The notes under the pieces were generated by a model. It saw only the letters and a list, made by a program, of their open reading frames with translations. It did no database searches and was not told the DNA's origin. A stretch of DNA of 64,000 bases from a virus. Its lineage: Duplodnaviria; Caudoviricetes. How positions within the stretch are numbered: the first letter of the stretch is position 1; each line of letters starts with the position of its first letter. This document shows, piece after piece, positions 37,101 to 45,096 of the stretch. Made by a program: the position numbers and the translations under genes. Location: positions 451-64,450 of IMG/VR virus record IMGVR_UViG_3300033463_000114; one strand, 5' to 3'.

Positions 37101-40029
37101 TCAACGTGACGCCGTTGACCCTGAACTGCTCCCATGCGGGGATGTCTGCGATCCTGCGGCCGGCGGAAGACGATGCGGAATTGCCCAGCGCGGAGCCGAC
37201 GGCCTCTTCTCGCGACGCGAACGGACCGTACAGGTCTAAGTCCTTCTGGATGTAGAATTTCCCGCGGTTGCCTTTCTCGCCGCCCTCAAACAGCTTGGTG
37301 CCTTCCGCGATCTCCTCTCCGGCGCCTTTCAGGATCGGCATGTACCCCGTCAGCTTCTTCGACGACAGGGCCTCGCCTACCTGAACTCCGACTTTTTCGC
37401 CGCCCGGCGCGCCTCCATTCGCAGGTCGTGCCGCTTCTGTCGGCTTCTGTCCTGCTTCCGCTCCCTGTTCGGGTTGCGCTGGTGTTTCATTGGGGACGTT
37501 CCCTGTTTCATTTGTTATCTCCTCGGTTGGTTTCTGTTCTGCCGCCGGCGTTGCCGGACGGAGTTTGTTGTCATTCGGCTGCGCGGACGCCAGTCGGTTG
37601 CCTGCCGCCTGCCTGTCCATGACGTTGCCGCTCTCGTCGAGATCGAACCTCCCGGTGTCGATTCCAACGACCTGCGCGAAACGGTGCCAGTTCTTGCGCT
37701 TCTTCGGCTTGCCTACCGCATCGCACCACGCCTGGAACGCGTCTGAGACAGAACTGGCCGTCTCTCCAGTCGCGGCGGCATCGCCAGACGGTCCAGCCTG
37801 TTCCTGCGGCGGAAGAGTCCTGACGTTCCCGGCGGCTTCCTTCTGCTCCTGCTCGCGCTGGCCCTCGTCCCACAAGTTCTGCGCCTGTTCGTTCGCCTTC
37901 TCCTTCGCCTGCTCCTCTTCAAGTTTCCGCTGGCGCTTCTCGGCGCGCGCCCTGTCGTTCTGCTCCTTGGCAGACCCCTCTGGTGCAGGACTGTCCTTGG
38001 CGCCGGGCTTTCCTTCGCCAACGGCTATCTGATGCTCGAAAAGTCCCCTTGCCTTCTCCAGCGCTTCTTTCAGAGGCAAGTTGCCCATGTCCTTGTCCAC
38101 CATCTCGATGAACTTCCCGACCGACTCATTTGTCAGATTCGGCGAATGGAGCAGGGCGTTGAGGAACTCAACGTCACTGGCGGTCAGGTCCTTGACGTTC
38201 TCAGAGCCGATCCTGTCAATAAGGAACTTCCTCTTCGCGAGCTCGCCTACTGCCGTACCACGCGACAACGACGGCTCGGAACCTCCTTTCTTGCCGCCCG
38301 GTCTAATCTTCGCGGCGTGTATCCCCTTCATCATCAAATGCGCTGGAAGCAATTCAAGCATCTTTTCCATGTTGCCGGGAACCGACACGAAATCCTTGAA
38401 CCAATCCGTGAATTCCTTGTGCTGCTCGCCAGAAGCCTTGTCCATCCCGGCTACGTCGTTCACAAGTTCGGTCAGGTGCGACTTCACGGACATGTCAAGC
38501 AACTGTGCCGCGTTTCCGCCAACGGTCTTCGCGGCGAGGACAGCAGCCTTGTCCGTAGCAGTCTTCGCGCTGCCATTTGCAATTTCGACCACTCTCTTGA
38601 TGTTCTTGCCGGCAGCCTCCTTGCCGGGAATGATTTTCGCTACCTTGTTCAGCTTGTTCCAGATCAGCGCCTCCAACACCGTGCCGCCCGCCGCCTTCAT
38701 CAGCGCTTCGTCGCTGCTGTCTCCTCTTCTCTCGAGGTCGTCGGCCTTGTTGAGTATCTTTTGCATTCCCGTCGCGGCGAACCCCCACGGAGTGAGTTCA
38801 ACGACGTCAGACGGAAGGCTGATCATGCCGCTGGCGATTCTTTCCGCCCCTGTTTCAACATCTCCACTAAGCGTGCGCTCCGCACGTTCTACCGTGTCCA
38901 TGCGCTTGTCGAGCAGTCCAAGTTTTTCAAGTTCGTATTGCCAGAGCGTCCTTGCCTTCTCCTGGTCTACGATTGGAAATCCGAACTGTGTTTTCTCCCC
39001 GGTGTATGCCGCCTCCTGTATGCGCCTGATAGTCTCTTCTGGTATGCCAATGACATGCGCCGCGTTGCCCATCTGAACCGAGTTGCTAAAACTGCCATTT
39101 GCAAGACCTTCGAGCGCGCGCCGTTTCTGGATGTCGAACGTCTTCATTGTGGTCCCGATTCCCGGGACTCTCCTCAGAAGGAACTCCATCACGCCCTCGT
39201 CTCCGCCCTTCGACGCGACGTCCTGCATGTAAAGCCGTCCGATCGTGCCTATTTCGTCCGTAGGCTGTGCGTGCGGGTCTAGAGGAGACGACGGGGCGAC
39301 GCCATGGTCACCAAGCCCCGGCGTCCCATACGAATCCCTCACGAGTTTCCTCATGAGCGGATCGTCGCTGTCTGCACCTTGCCGCGCTTGCGACAAAAGG
39401 TATTCGCTCTTCTCCTCTGGAGAGAACGAACCCGACTCCATAAGCCTTGATTCCGTGGCAAGGCCCTGTTTCCGCGCCCAGTCCTGTGCGATGGCGTTGC
39501 TTCTGGCGTCGCGCTCTTCGCGCTCCCTGTCAAGCCTTGACTCCTCCGTGCCGCGAACGCCTGACGCATATAGTGCGCTCGCGAGCTGGCCGCCGTAATA
39601 CGCCACCTTGTCAGGAGCCATGTCGGGCAGCCCCGCCGACTTCCACGCACGGGCAAGGTTCTCGTTCGCAGCGGCCCTGTTCGCGTCGTAGTCGTCATTC
39701 TGACCTCCGTCAGTCTGAAAACCTGAATCGTCTTGCGTGTTCTGGAAGAATGCGTCTCGGAACATCCTCCCCTGCGACTCGCTGAGGTCGAAATCGTGCG
39801 CTTCTTTTCCGTCGCCATCCCTGAACCTGAACATCGGCTCGGCGTTCTGGACCATGCCTTTGAACTGCTCGACGTCCGCCTCCGGCACGTCGTACATGCC
39901 TCCTGCGCCGTCGCGGAACCTCATAATCGGCTTCGCGGTCGGCACGGACGACCGAAACTCGTCCATCTCGGAGTCTGGGACTTCGTAGTCTACGCCGTCA
40001 GAGTCCCTCATGCGGTTGATTCGCTCCAT
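31165..40029 (-). CDS. 2954-aa internal virion / large polyvalent protein (LPD38-like C-terminus, HExxH zincin-like domain)
   Basis: NHEFGH; YVPLK, TNFNRRG, IGIP and TGGDK...P..I..L..TFAGG C-terminal patterns; last gene of the virion operon. Confidence 0.75.
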   Translation of the reverse strand: MERINRMRDSDGVDYEVPDSEMDEFRSSVPTAKPIMRFRDGAGGMYDVPEADVEQFKGMVQNAEPMFRFRDGDGKEAHDFDLSESQGRMFRDAFFQNTQDDSGFQTDGGQNDDYDANRAAANENLARAWKSAGLPDMAPDKVAYYGGQLASALYASGVRGTEESRLDREREERDARSNAIAQDWARKQGLATESRLMESGSFSPEEKSEYLLSQARQGADSDDPLMRKLVRDSYGTPGLGDHGVAPSSPLDPHAQPTDEIGTIGRLYMQDVASKGGDEGVMEFLLRRVPGIGTTMKTFDIQKRRALEGLANGSFSNSVQMGNAAHVIGIPEETIRRIQEAAYTGEKTQFGFPIVDQEKARTLWQYELEKLGLLDKRMDTVERAERTLSGDVETGAERIASGMISLPSDVVELTPWGFAATGMQKILNKADDLERRGDSSDEALMKAAGGTVLEALIWNKLNKVAKIIPGKEAAGKNIKRVVEIANGSAKTATDKAAVLAAKTVGGNAAQLLDMSVKSHLTELVNDVAGMDKASGEQHKEFTDWFKDFVSVPGNMEKMLELLPAHLMMKGIHAAKIRPGGKKGGSEPSLSRGTAVGELAKRKFLIDRIGSENVKDLTASDVEFLNALLHSPNLTNESVGKFIEMVDKDMGNLPLKEALEKARGLFEHQIAVGEGKPGAKDSPAPEGSAKEQNDRARAEKRQRKLEEEQAKEKANEQAQNLWDEGQREQEQKEAAGNVRTLPPQEQAGPSGDAAATGETASSVSDAFQAWCDAVGKPKKRKNWHRFAQVVGIDTGRFDLDESGNVMDRQAAGNRLASAQPNDNKLRPATPAAEQKPTEEITNETGNVPNETPAQPEQGAEAGQKPTEAARPANGGAPGGEKVGVQVGEALSSKKLTGYMPILKGAGEEIAEGTKLFEGGEKGNRGKFYIQKDLDLYGPFASREEAVGSALGNSASSSAGRRIADIPAWEQFRVNGVTLMKKGDGTIIRNPELRMRPNKGEGGGLGTVYWTGEEVTDGLPEREDSPNIGAARKTAKNPVAQNPVSKSDMGGQKLTGGAKEEAKPAFKRGDSVMLKGASDGQRVKFLKANADGTADVQVRTPGANRYAPEKVETRTVPMDDISSAGMKETLTLAERKRLANGVRSQAEPPAAEPPENAPASAPREEGTVTPPQSAEPVHGAESAAGGATGGAAEEPKPTQGSKLRPATKLNTSNGLSKLERPIRDIVSFMESDAHFFTTSGRSSFLEKMRNTWRDAISKLNDKALKTLADKVSSGRYYKGAKDEYVIKAIEEVTRSVADERFGTQTDSEIQTKPAPKLRTQAEADSAPKADAAPKADAAPAAPATQEATPEATTTTTPTADEQTQPASQFRDKNGNMKKTLRGAVERIASAIGNRTGKGAITPDEADAIVNGIAESPEVKHNRSARFFTPLVTDAEWQNSLGVDSESAKNLRDAVARAKTDSEMAHFFVQVDNAVKKAKAGKLSPKDAVPLNGKISEGLEKAEREGRAEAAKRLREALEVIKPVVDAVTQEDVDKFNRSAKGRKLHTQLDGSDRRRGSRGKTVSLDTKDGTVDVGADGRTLEDVADEISGSSHDRRTLKPGESYGKGFTKESDNDTTGTEGTRQGSTGKGGSLSGKRKFQIVERNGDDITVAMRVPKKGVIKQTVKLSQLRELAESDPDIKQALDSLEKGEEIRASKLAPESSASRDAKFAADADYQRWLKSRKANDAEPLRQRYEMEQAKALGDAFKNAVRGVDVEYVGDRDYDPAKDNPNGGRELKDRDTGTVLGIFDRDTGKLKLFRGANWKTLNHEFGHATMRYAEQEAARGNRALLDKINEAVDGAMDTPLADEVRSRYPDADEAALRDEIWAALRERPSETMQKYVKTLQGRKWYNRAWDAIKTAWRGILSRMGFNRADLSGIDKMTPDEFNEFLDKAMIGGKTLGRLETQGGEGIGNKLRKAFIGERGAEAGESSVRMARGPAAPGANFMDDVVTRGEKARERLDDARILLRKELDRTGATREVIDPKTGFLDWRQHKNPVTGKTDWSKTTVNVDQMMDKLNGYVQKHNHILQKRYDKISRIMADNGISEELVDKYLLALHAEERNRTIATRRGDAWTPTYAEGAGVSTEWAGKFLASSEVRNNLSALTSIEKIVHDVVQDDLRQRLESGRLSQDQYDFYANRWKHYVPLKTDVTAGNSLEERFNSSTAGMKRNEFITSKGRGADNIADSPLTFAFVQAGQGIQGAAKNMTGNVAANWVDFLESKGLNSVQITDPKTKSTRTEYRVAEIVPAEVVKHGGTEFAATFADGTKARIGGDMQLASNQSNLVLFKRPERVELLDKKGKPTGKFEEQSRLYVIRFNPGANGRGLAIAKEINETNMAKVPDWLRYTYIPKFTGYLSRMNTSASPSFLFSNVINDRNEAWRALSARYGIRDGTKIAAKMHAATFTGRKYVKDWIVDGKLTPGTRFKEFIDAGGQIKGGVLAHGYAEESKVLKDNLARYQREARSFKQSLLGTWKPEMTMRLFSSIGRFNSTMNEIAELNTRAAIFSALRDSGVSVADAVRFAREGTTNFNRRGAYAPVIGSLYMYYNANVQGLKRNFQSLRDKHGIQMAVTLALAASLAAMYRHYVGGKDDDENGENDGGRNARNAPDYYKQTSIGIPLGNKAELQLLKMRGLDAVIPYMATKITEASLGDTSWGDATMAIAEALEGEAAGIVGGQRFTGSDWHNLAQTLLPSALDTMGQLATGKNWRGERRRKMSFDDNAPLAYNGKDSTSPIVKKVAQVLNDVTGGDKLKPGLINLAPEDISLLVETFAGGLGRDVMGAVNTVGNAKKLLSGDVSDRTLSQMPMVKSVVKEYPDSSGRYFDAIEEYRSAKKRYKKLGAGADRKAMKEKMPYLSVQRTRLDELVDQIDRLRHRENGMKKNDRGEWVQKNVPLTDDEVKQAHEKRLRLQAEVLRILGK

Positions 40030-40053
40030 CGAAAAACCTCCCTTGGGATGTCG

Positions 40054-41583
40054 TTACTTCACACCCCACCGTGCGCGGGCTTCGCGGACCTGTGGCGTGA
40101 CTTCATTCTGCTCGGCTTCTTCGGCGAGTCCAACGTCCCTGTCTTCTCCGCTAGAAGCACTTCCGACAACGGACTCGCCGCCACCTACATCCTCACCACC
40201 ACCAGCGACACCAATAGGACTCGCCGGCTCGTCTTCGACCTCGCGCCCAAGTTTCTCCGACGCGGCAATCCGCGCGCGCACTTCCGCGTCGCTAATCGGC
40301 GTAACGCCGCTCAATTCCTTCCCGTAACTGTCATAGAGCTTCCCGCCAACGACATAGCCGTTCGTCGAATACTGCCTCCCGTCGGTGCCGATGTAGTGTA
40401 TGAGCTGCTGCTGGCGTCCGTCGGTCACGTTGCGCTCGGATCGCGCCTCCGTCCGAGCCGCCTGTTCGGGGAACGCCATCCTGAAAACGCGCTCGGCGAG
40501 CTTCATCCGCTGTTCGATCGGGTCCACGGACGGTGCGCCTTCGACCTGCTGTTGGTTCTTAAACCTCGGGTCCATGTTGACGAACTCCTCCACTCGGCTT
40601 TTAATAAGCGCGAGATCGTCTGGATTGTTCATGTCGAGAGGCGTTTCTACCATCTTCTCCGTATTTGGGTCCATCTTTTGAGGCCCGCGCATTATGCTCT
40701 TGAAAGAACTGTTTGTCGTCAATAGCCTCTGTATGAACTTTCCGCGCAGCTCGTCCATGTCAACGCCCTTGCCCGACTTCTTCGCGTCCTTTATCAACTG
40801 CGTGCCGATGCTCGTGACGAACTTCAACTTCGCGGCGTTTTCCTGCTGCCTCTGGCGCTCTTTGTTCACGCCGCGCATCTTGTCGAGCATAACTCCGAAC
40901 TGCGCGGGATCGCGAAGCGTTCCCTTGCGGTAGTTGTTGCGGAGCGACGCGTACAGCTCGTCAACGTCGTTCTGCCCCCACACGCCGGGCGCGCTGAACA
41001 TCATGTTGTACCTCTGCTCCGGCGTAATCGTCATCGCGTTGCGGACAATGGAGCCATTACGCCCTTGCTCGGCGACTTCTATCACAAAATTTCCGTCCTG
41101 CGTATAGCCACCGCCGTAAATCGCACGCGACTTCCCGTCGAATCCGAAGTCTCGGTTCATCTGGTCGATGACGTTGCGCGGGATTCTCCCGCCGTTGTAC
41201 TTCGCGATTTTCATTACCGAATTGGCCGCCGAGGACATCAACTGCGCGTTGTGCTGCTTCGCCGCGGCAGCGCGCCTTCCAAGGTCTGCATATTGGCTGT
41301 ACACGTTGTTTTGAGCCATAGCATCGTCCCACATCGCGCCCCATCCATCGCGCGACACGGAGCCATCCGGCCCGATGACCGTGTTGCTGAACGTCTGAAC
41401 CACTCCGTCAGGGCCGACGTATATGCGCGACACGCTCCCTCCGCGCCTGTTGCGCTCGGCCCGGCGTGCCTCGTCGAACGCCGCGTAGTTCGCCTCCTTG
41501 ACGCGGCGGGCGCGTTCGCGCTCGATCTGCTCGTCCTGTATCTTCGCGATCGTCTGCGGCATCGCATAGTCCATTCCTCTCAT
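40054..41583 (-). CDS. Internal virion (ejection) protein
   Basis: AAGGAGG RBS; position before giant protein; helical, Q/A/R-rich. Confidence 0.6.
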   Translation of the reverse strand: MRGMDYAMPQTIAKIQDEQIERERARRVKEANYAAFDEARRAERNRRGGSVSRIYVGPDGVVQTFSNTVIGPDGSVSRDGWGAMWDDAMAQNNVYSQYADLGRRAAAAKQHNAQLMSSAANSVMKIAKYNGGRIPRNVIDQMNRDFGFDGKSRAIYGGGYTQDGNFVIEVAEQGRNGSIVRNAMTITPEQRYNMMFSAPGVWGQNDVDELYASLRNNYRKGTLRDPAQFGVMLDKMRGVNKERQRQQENAAKLKFVTSIGTQLIKDAKKSGKGVDMDELRGKFIQRLLTTNSSFKSIMRGPQKMDPNTEKMVETPLDMNNPDDLALIKSRVEEFVNMDPRFKNQQQVEGAPSVDPIEQRMKLAERVFRMAFPEQAARTEARSERNVTDGRQQQLIHYIGTDGRQYSTNGYVVGGKLYDSYGKELSGVTPISDAEVRARIAASEKLGREVEDEPASPIGVAGGGEDVGGGESVVGSASSGEDRDVGLAEEAEQNEVTPQVREARARWGVK

Positions 41584-41608
41584 GGTCACATCCTCCTTTT
41601 TCGTTCCG

Positions 41609-42706
41609 TCAGTAAAGGTTGTTCGTGTCGCGCCACCGCTGGAGGTCGGCGTCCGTCCTCGCGTCGCCGGTCTCAAGGAGCTCGCCCCCGACGCCGTAAT
41701 GACGACCTGTGTCGGTGCTGACGAGCGGCCCGCCTCCACGGCTCGCCGAGACGCGGAGTTTGCCGCCTGAAAGCGCCGTCCATGCGGCATCAGACTGAAC
41801 GCCTGCAAGCGCATTGTATGCGCTCATGAGCGACTTGTCGTAGTTCAGTCCGAGCTCTCCCGCGTTCCCGAACAGATTTCCGGCGTTTCCGAGAACGCCA
41901 GCCGCGCCCTGCTGCGCGCCCACTCCCTGCGCCCTCGCTGACGTGCCTATCGAGGCGAGCTGTCCGCCTGTCTGGAGGAACGTGTTCGCGTTGTTCGCAA
42001 GGAGGTTCTGGAATGCCGTCATCTGGTCATTCTTGCCACGCTCCCTTGCGCGGGTCATCGCGGCGGCACGCGCCACGGCAAGCCCCTTGTCGTATAGCTT
42101 GTCCAGAGCGAGAGCCGCGCCGCTTGTCGGGCTCACTCCCATGCGTGCGAGGTTCCTTTCTCCCTGCCTCCTCGCGGCATCGCCCTGGGACTGCGCGTCC
42201 TGCGCAGCGCTCGCAACGTACCTGTCTGGGTCGAACTCGCCGAACTGCTTGACCGCCTGCGCGACGAGCGGGGACGAGGAAGAATCCATGTTTATAAACC
42301 CGAGGCCAGTGTCGAGCGTAGCAAGCGCCTGTTCAGTTACCTTAGTGCCGCTGTCGAAAAGCGCGTCGCCCTCGCCGCGCATGGTGTCTGCGATCGGGAG
42401 CATTGCGTTCGCGGCGTCGCGCATGTCTCCAACGGCCCTGTCAACCGCAGGACGCCCGCCGAGGATGGCCTGCACGCCGTTCTGGGCGGAACCGACCGCA
42501 GCGCCAGCGCGTGAGCGCGATTCGCTTATCGCGTCGTCCAACCATCCGTTAGCTCCGCCTCCAGAACCACCACCACCGGTCAATGATGCAAGTTCCCTCT
42601 GCGCCGCGTTGAACCTCGCGATCTCCGTTGGGTCTGTTGAAGTGCCGTAACCAATGCCGGCGATCACATTTTCGAGTTCCCGGACCCTGTTCCAGTCAGT
42701 TGCCAT
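41609..42706 (-). CDS. Internal virion (ejection) protein, Ala/Gly-rich
   Basis: Composition and synteny typical of podovirus ejection proteins. Confidence 0.6.
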   Translation of the reverse strand: MATDWNRVRELENVIAGIGYGTSTDPTEIARFNAAQRELASLTGGGGSGGGANGWLDDAISESRSRAGAAVGSAQNGVQAILGGRPAVDRAVGDMRDAANAMLPIADTMRGEGDALFDSGTKVTEQALATLDTGLGFINMDSSSSPLVAQAVKQFGEFDPDRYVASAAQDAQSQGDAARRQGERNLARMGVSPTSGAALALDKLYDKGLAVARAAAMTRARERGKNDQMTAFQNLLANNANTFLQTGGQLASIGTSARAQGVGAQQGAAGVLGNAGNLFGNAGELGLNYDKSLMSAYNALAGVQSDAAWTALSGGKLRVSASRGGGPLVSTDTGRHYGVGGELLETGDARTDADLQRWRDTNNLY

Positions 42707-42708
42707 GA

Positions 42709-42873
42709 CTAATTCTCCTTTCCTGCTTTCGCCTCCAGAGCGGCGATCCTCCTCGCAAGCGCCTGGATGTTCTCGTTCAACTTCATAACCACGTCGCGGA
42801 CCTGCGCGTCCGTCAGGTGGTGGAACGGCACGGTCCCGTGCGGGAGTCCGTTTCTGTTCGCCTTTGCAGCCAT
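42709..42873 (-). CDS. Small coiled-coil virion-associated protein (54 aa)
   Basis: GGAGG RBS, TGATG overlap. Confidence 0.55.
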   Translation of the reverse strand: MAAKANRNGLPHGTVPFHHLTDAQVRDVVMKLNENIQALARRIAALEAKAGKEN

Positions 42874-45095
42874 CAGTTCACCTCCGCCATGTTGGTGCCT
42901 ATCGCTACCGTGTCGATCTCGTGCATCGACTTGACCGTAAACCGCACGTACCGCTCCGGCCTCATGCGTGGGAGGCGGCGCCCGTCCTGCGACTGCATGT
43001 GCGTAGTCCCAGTCAACTCGTGGTCGCGCACCGGCAGCGCGTCTGCGACGTCCGGCGACGAATACGTCCGCACCGTAAGGTCGACGGGGTAGCCAGCCGC
43101 GTCCACGCGCGCCGCCACGGGGTCGAATGGGCGCGGAGCCGTGTAGACCTTGCTCGTCCACTCGATCTCCTTGTTTTCAGCTGACCCCTCCCACTCGTAG
43201 ATGGCGTCGTCGGACACGCCAAAACGCGCTTCGTATTCAATGGGCGAATCCAGCGCAAGGACGAACGAGCAAGACACGGCCTCGCTCTTCTTCGTACCAT
43301 TTGCGTACCAGCCGTCAAACACATAATCCTGTTCAAAGCTGGCCACAAGGGTAACGGTCTGGCCTACGGAGAAGTCTGCATACGCGACAGACCCGTCTGT
43401 CGTTTGCACCGCGTTCGTGCCGCCGTTCACCAACACCCTGCCGCGCCCAGCGTAGTTCGCGCTTGCCGTAACGGTCTTCGTGTCCTGCGACTCGGCCACA
43501 AAAGACGGCGTGAGCTTTAGGTTGCCAGTCAGATTCTCGATGTAGTTCTGGTCGAGCGAGTACGGGGTGCTTACGCCGTCTTTGTACCAGCCGCCGAAAC
43601 GATACCCAGTGCTAGGCGTAGCGGAGAACTTGACCTGATACCCGTACACCGTGGCGCCGGGCGCTGGCGTGACCCATTCCGTATCTGACGGAGACTTGCC
43701 AGAATACGACGCCGTTCCGCCAGTCGCAGAACCTACCTGCACCGTGAAAACTACTGGCGTGTACTCCGCAACTGCCATCACGTTGGAGTCTGGCATCGTG
43801 AACGTCGCGACGCCTTCGTCACTCCCTTCCGTGACCTGAACGGGGTCTCCTTCGCCGTCGGTCACCGACCACTCGGAGAACTCGCAAGTCGCGAGGTCGT
43901 CAACTTGCGCGGTGAGCGTGACCGTGTCGTTCTCCAACGCGGGGTTCGGCGTCGCTGAGACGGTAGGCGTCTCGTCGTTCGTGCCGGTCGTAGACACCGT
44001 GATGGTTCGCGGATTGCCCCATACGGCCTCAAGGTATGCGACGCGGTAGTCTCCGTCGCTGTTGTTGCCGAACGGCAAGTCTTCGTCATCATCGAAAATC
44101 GCCGCAATCTGCGCAATGGTAGTCGATCCATCAGCGGGGAGAGTCGCATACGGCTCCTCCTGGCTTGACGATCCGCGCAGCTCCCACCCGACCAACTGCT
44201 CGTCTCCGCTCCGCATCGCTCCGACGTTGCGCCCGACCCAGTAGTCCCCGTCGTCCGACAGCGGGAAGTAGTTCGCACGATACCACGTCGAGCTTCCCGA
44301 AGTCTCATTGCCGCGCTCGATGGCGACTCCGCTGTTCGGAGCCACGGCAGACAGCGCGGTTGTCGCGTCGGACTTGAACACGCGCAAGGTCTTTGATCCT
44401 GCCGCGTCGCCCTTTACCACGCGGAAAGTCCGCTCGACCTCCTGCGCGCCCTCGGAAACCGAATAAGTCGACTTCCAGCGCAGGTAGACGTTGTACTTGT
44501 CGGACGCGGTCTTCTTGCGGAAGTTTGCGACAAGCGCGATGTCCTGCGCGGCGGCATTTTTGGCTATCGTTGCCGTATTGCCGCTGATGGTGACGCCAGA
44601 AGCAGTTGTGTCACCGCTCCACTCGTCGAACACATAACCGACGGCAGGCGTGGCGGTGACCGTCCCAGCGACGCCTATGATGTAGTCACCGCCTGTGGTG
44701 TATTCTGAATAAGCCGTAGCGCTCCACGCTAACGTGCCCATCGCGCTTTGTCCGCTTGCGACAGATGCCGTCCTGGTGTAGCTGTTGGCGGAAACGAGCG
44801 AAATCGCTCCGCCCGGATTCGTCGTGGCGTAATAGCTGCTGCTAACTTTCTCGGATATAATGACTGTCTTTCCAACCATATCAGACCATTTAGTAGTCGA
44901 AGATGTTGGATAGGCCCAAACCGCCCAGCTGTCTTGAGACCCCGCCACCAATGCGTGTTGTTGAACACTGGTTTCCCACGGCGAGCTACGTTTTCCGGTG
45001 AGGGCTGTTGGCTTGTAATACTTGCTACCGGACCTAGATGTCTGGTATGGAGTACCAGACCATTCTACGAGAACCCTGTCAACGGCACTTGACAT
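42873..45095 (-). CDS. Ig-like (InlB B-repeat/Flg_new-like) repeat protein fused to tail nozzle C-terminal fragment
   Basis: Four TA.P..GY.F..W-type repeats; C-terminal IYEWEG..WTSK..RLP..R..RF.V.S motif. Confidence 0.65.
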   Translation of the reverse strand: MSSAVDRVLVEWSGTPYQTSRSGSKYYKPTALTGKRSSPWETSVQQHALVAGSQDSWAVWAYPTSSTTKWSDMVGKTVIISEKVSSSYYATTNPGGAISLVSANSYTRTASVASGQSAMGTLAWSATAYSEYTTGGDYIIGVAGTVTATPAVGYVFDEWSGDTTASGVTISGNTATIAKNAAAQDIALVANFRKKTASDKYNVYLRWKSTYSVSEGAQEVERTFRVVKGDAAGSKTLRVFKSDATTALSAVAPNSGVAIERGNETSGSSTWYRANYFPLSDDGDYWVGRNVGAMRSGDEQLVGWELRGSSSQEEPYATLPADGSTTIAQIAAIFDDDEDLPFGNNSDGDYRVAYLEAVWGNPRTITVSTTGTNDETPTVSATPNPALENDTVTLTAQVDDLATCEFSEWSVTDGEGDPVQVTEGSDEGVATFTMPDSNVMAVAEYTPVVFTVQVGSATGGTASYSGKSPSDTEWVTPAPGATVYGYQVKFSATPSTGYRFGGWYKDGVSTPYSLDQNYIENLTGNLKLTPSFVAESQDTKTVTASANYAGRGRVLVNGGTNAVQTTDGSVAYADFSVGQTVTLVASFEQDYVFDGWYANGTKKSEAVSCSFVLALDSPIEYEARFGVSDDAIYEWEGSAENKEIEWTSKVYTAPRPFDPVAARVDAAGYPVDLTVRTYSSPDVADALPVRDHELTGTTHMQSQDGRRLPRMRPERYVRFTVKSMHEIDTVAIGTNMAEVN

Positions 45096-45096
45096 C

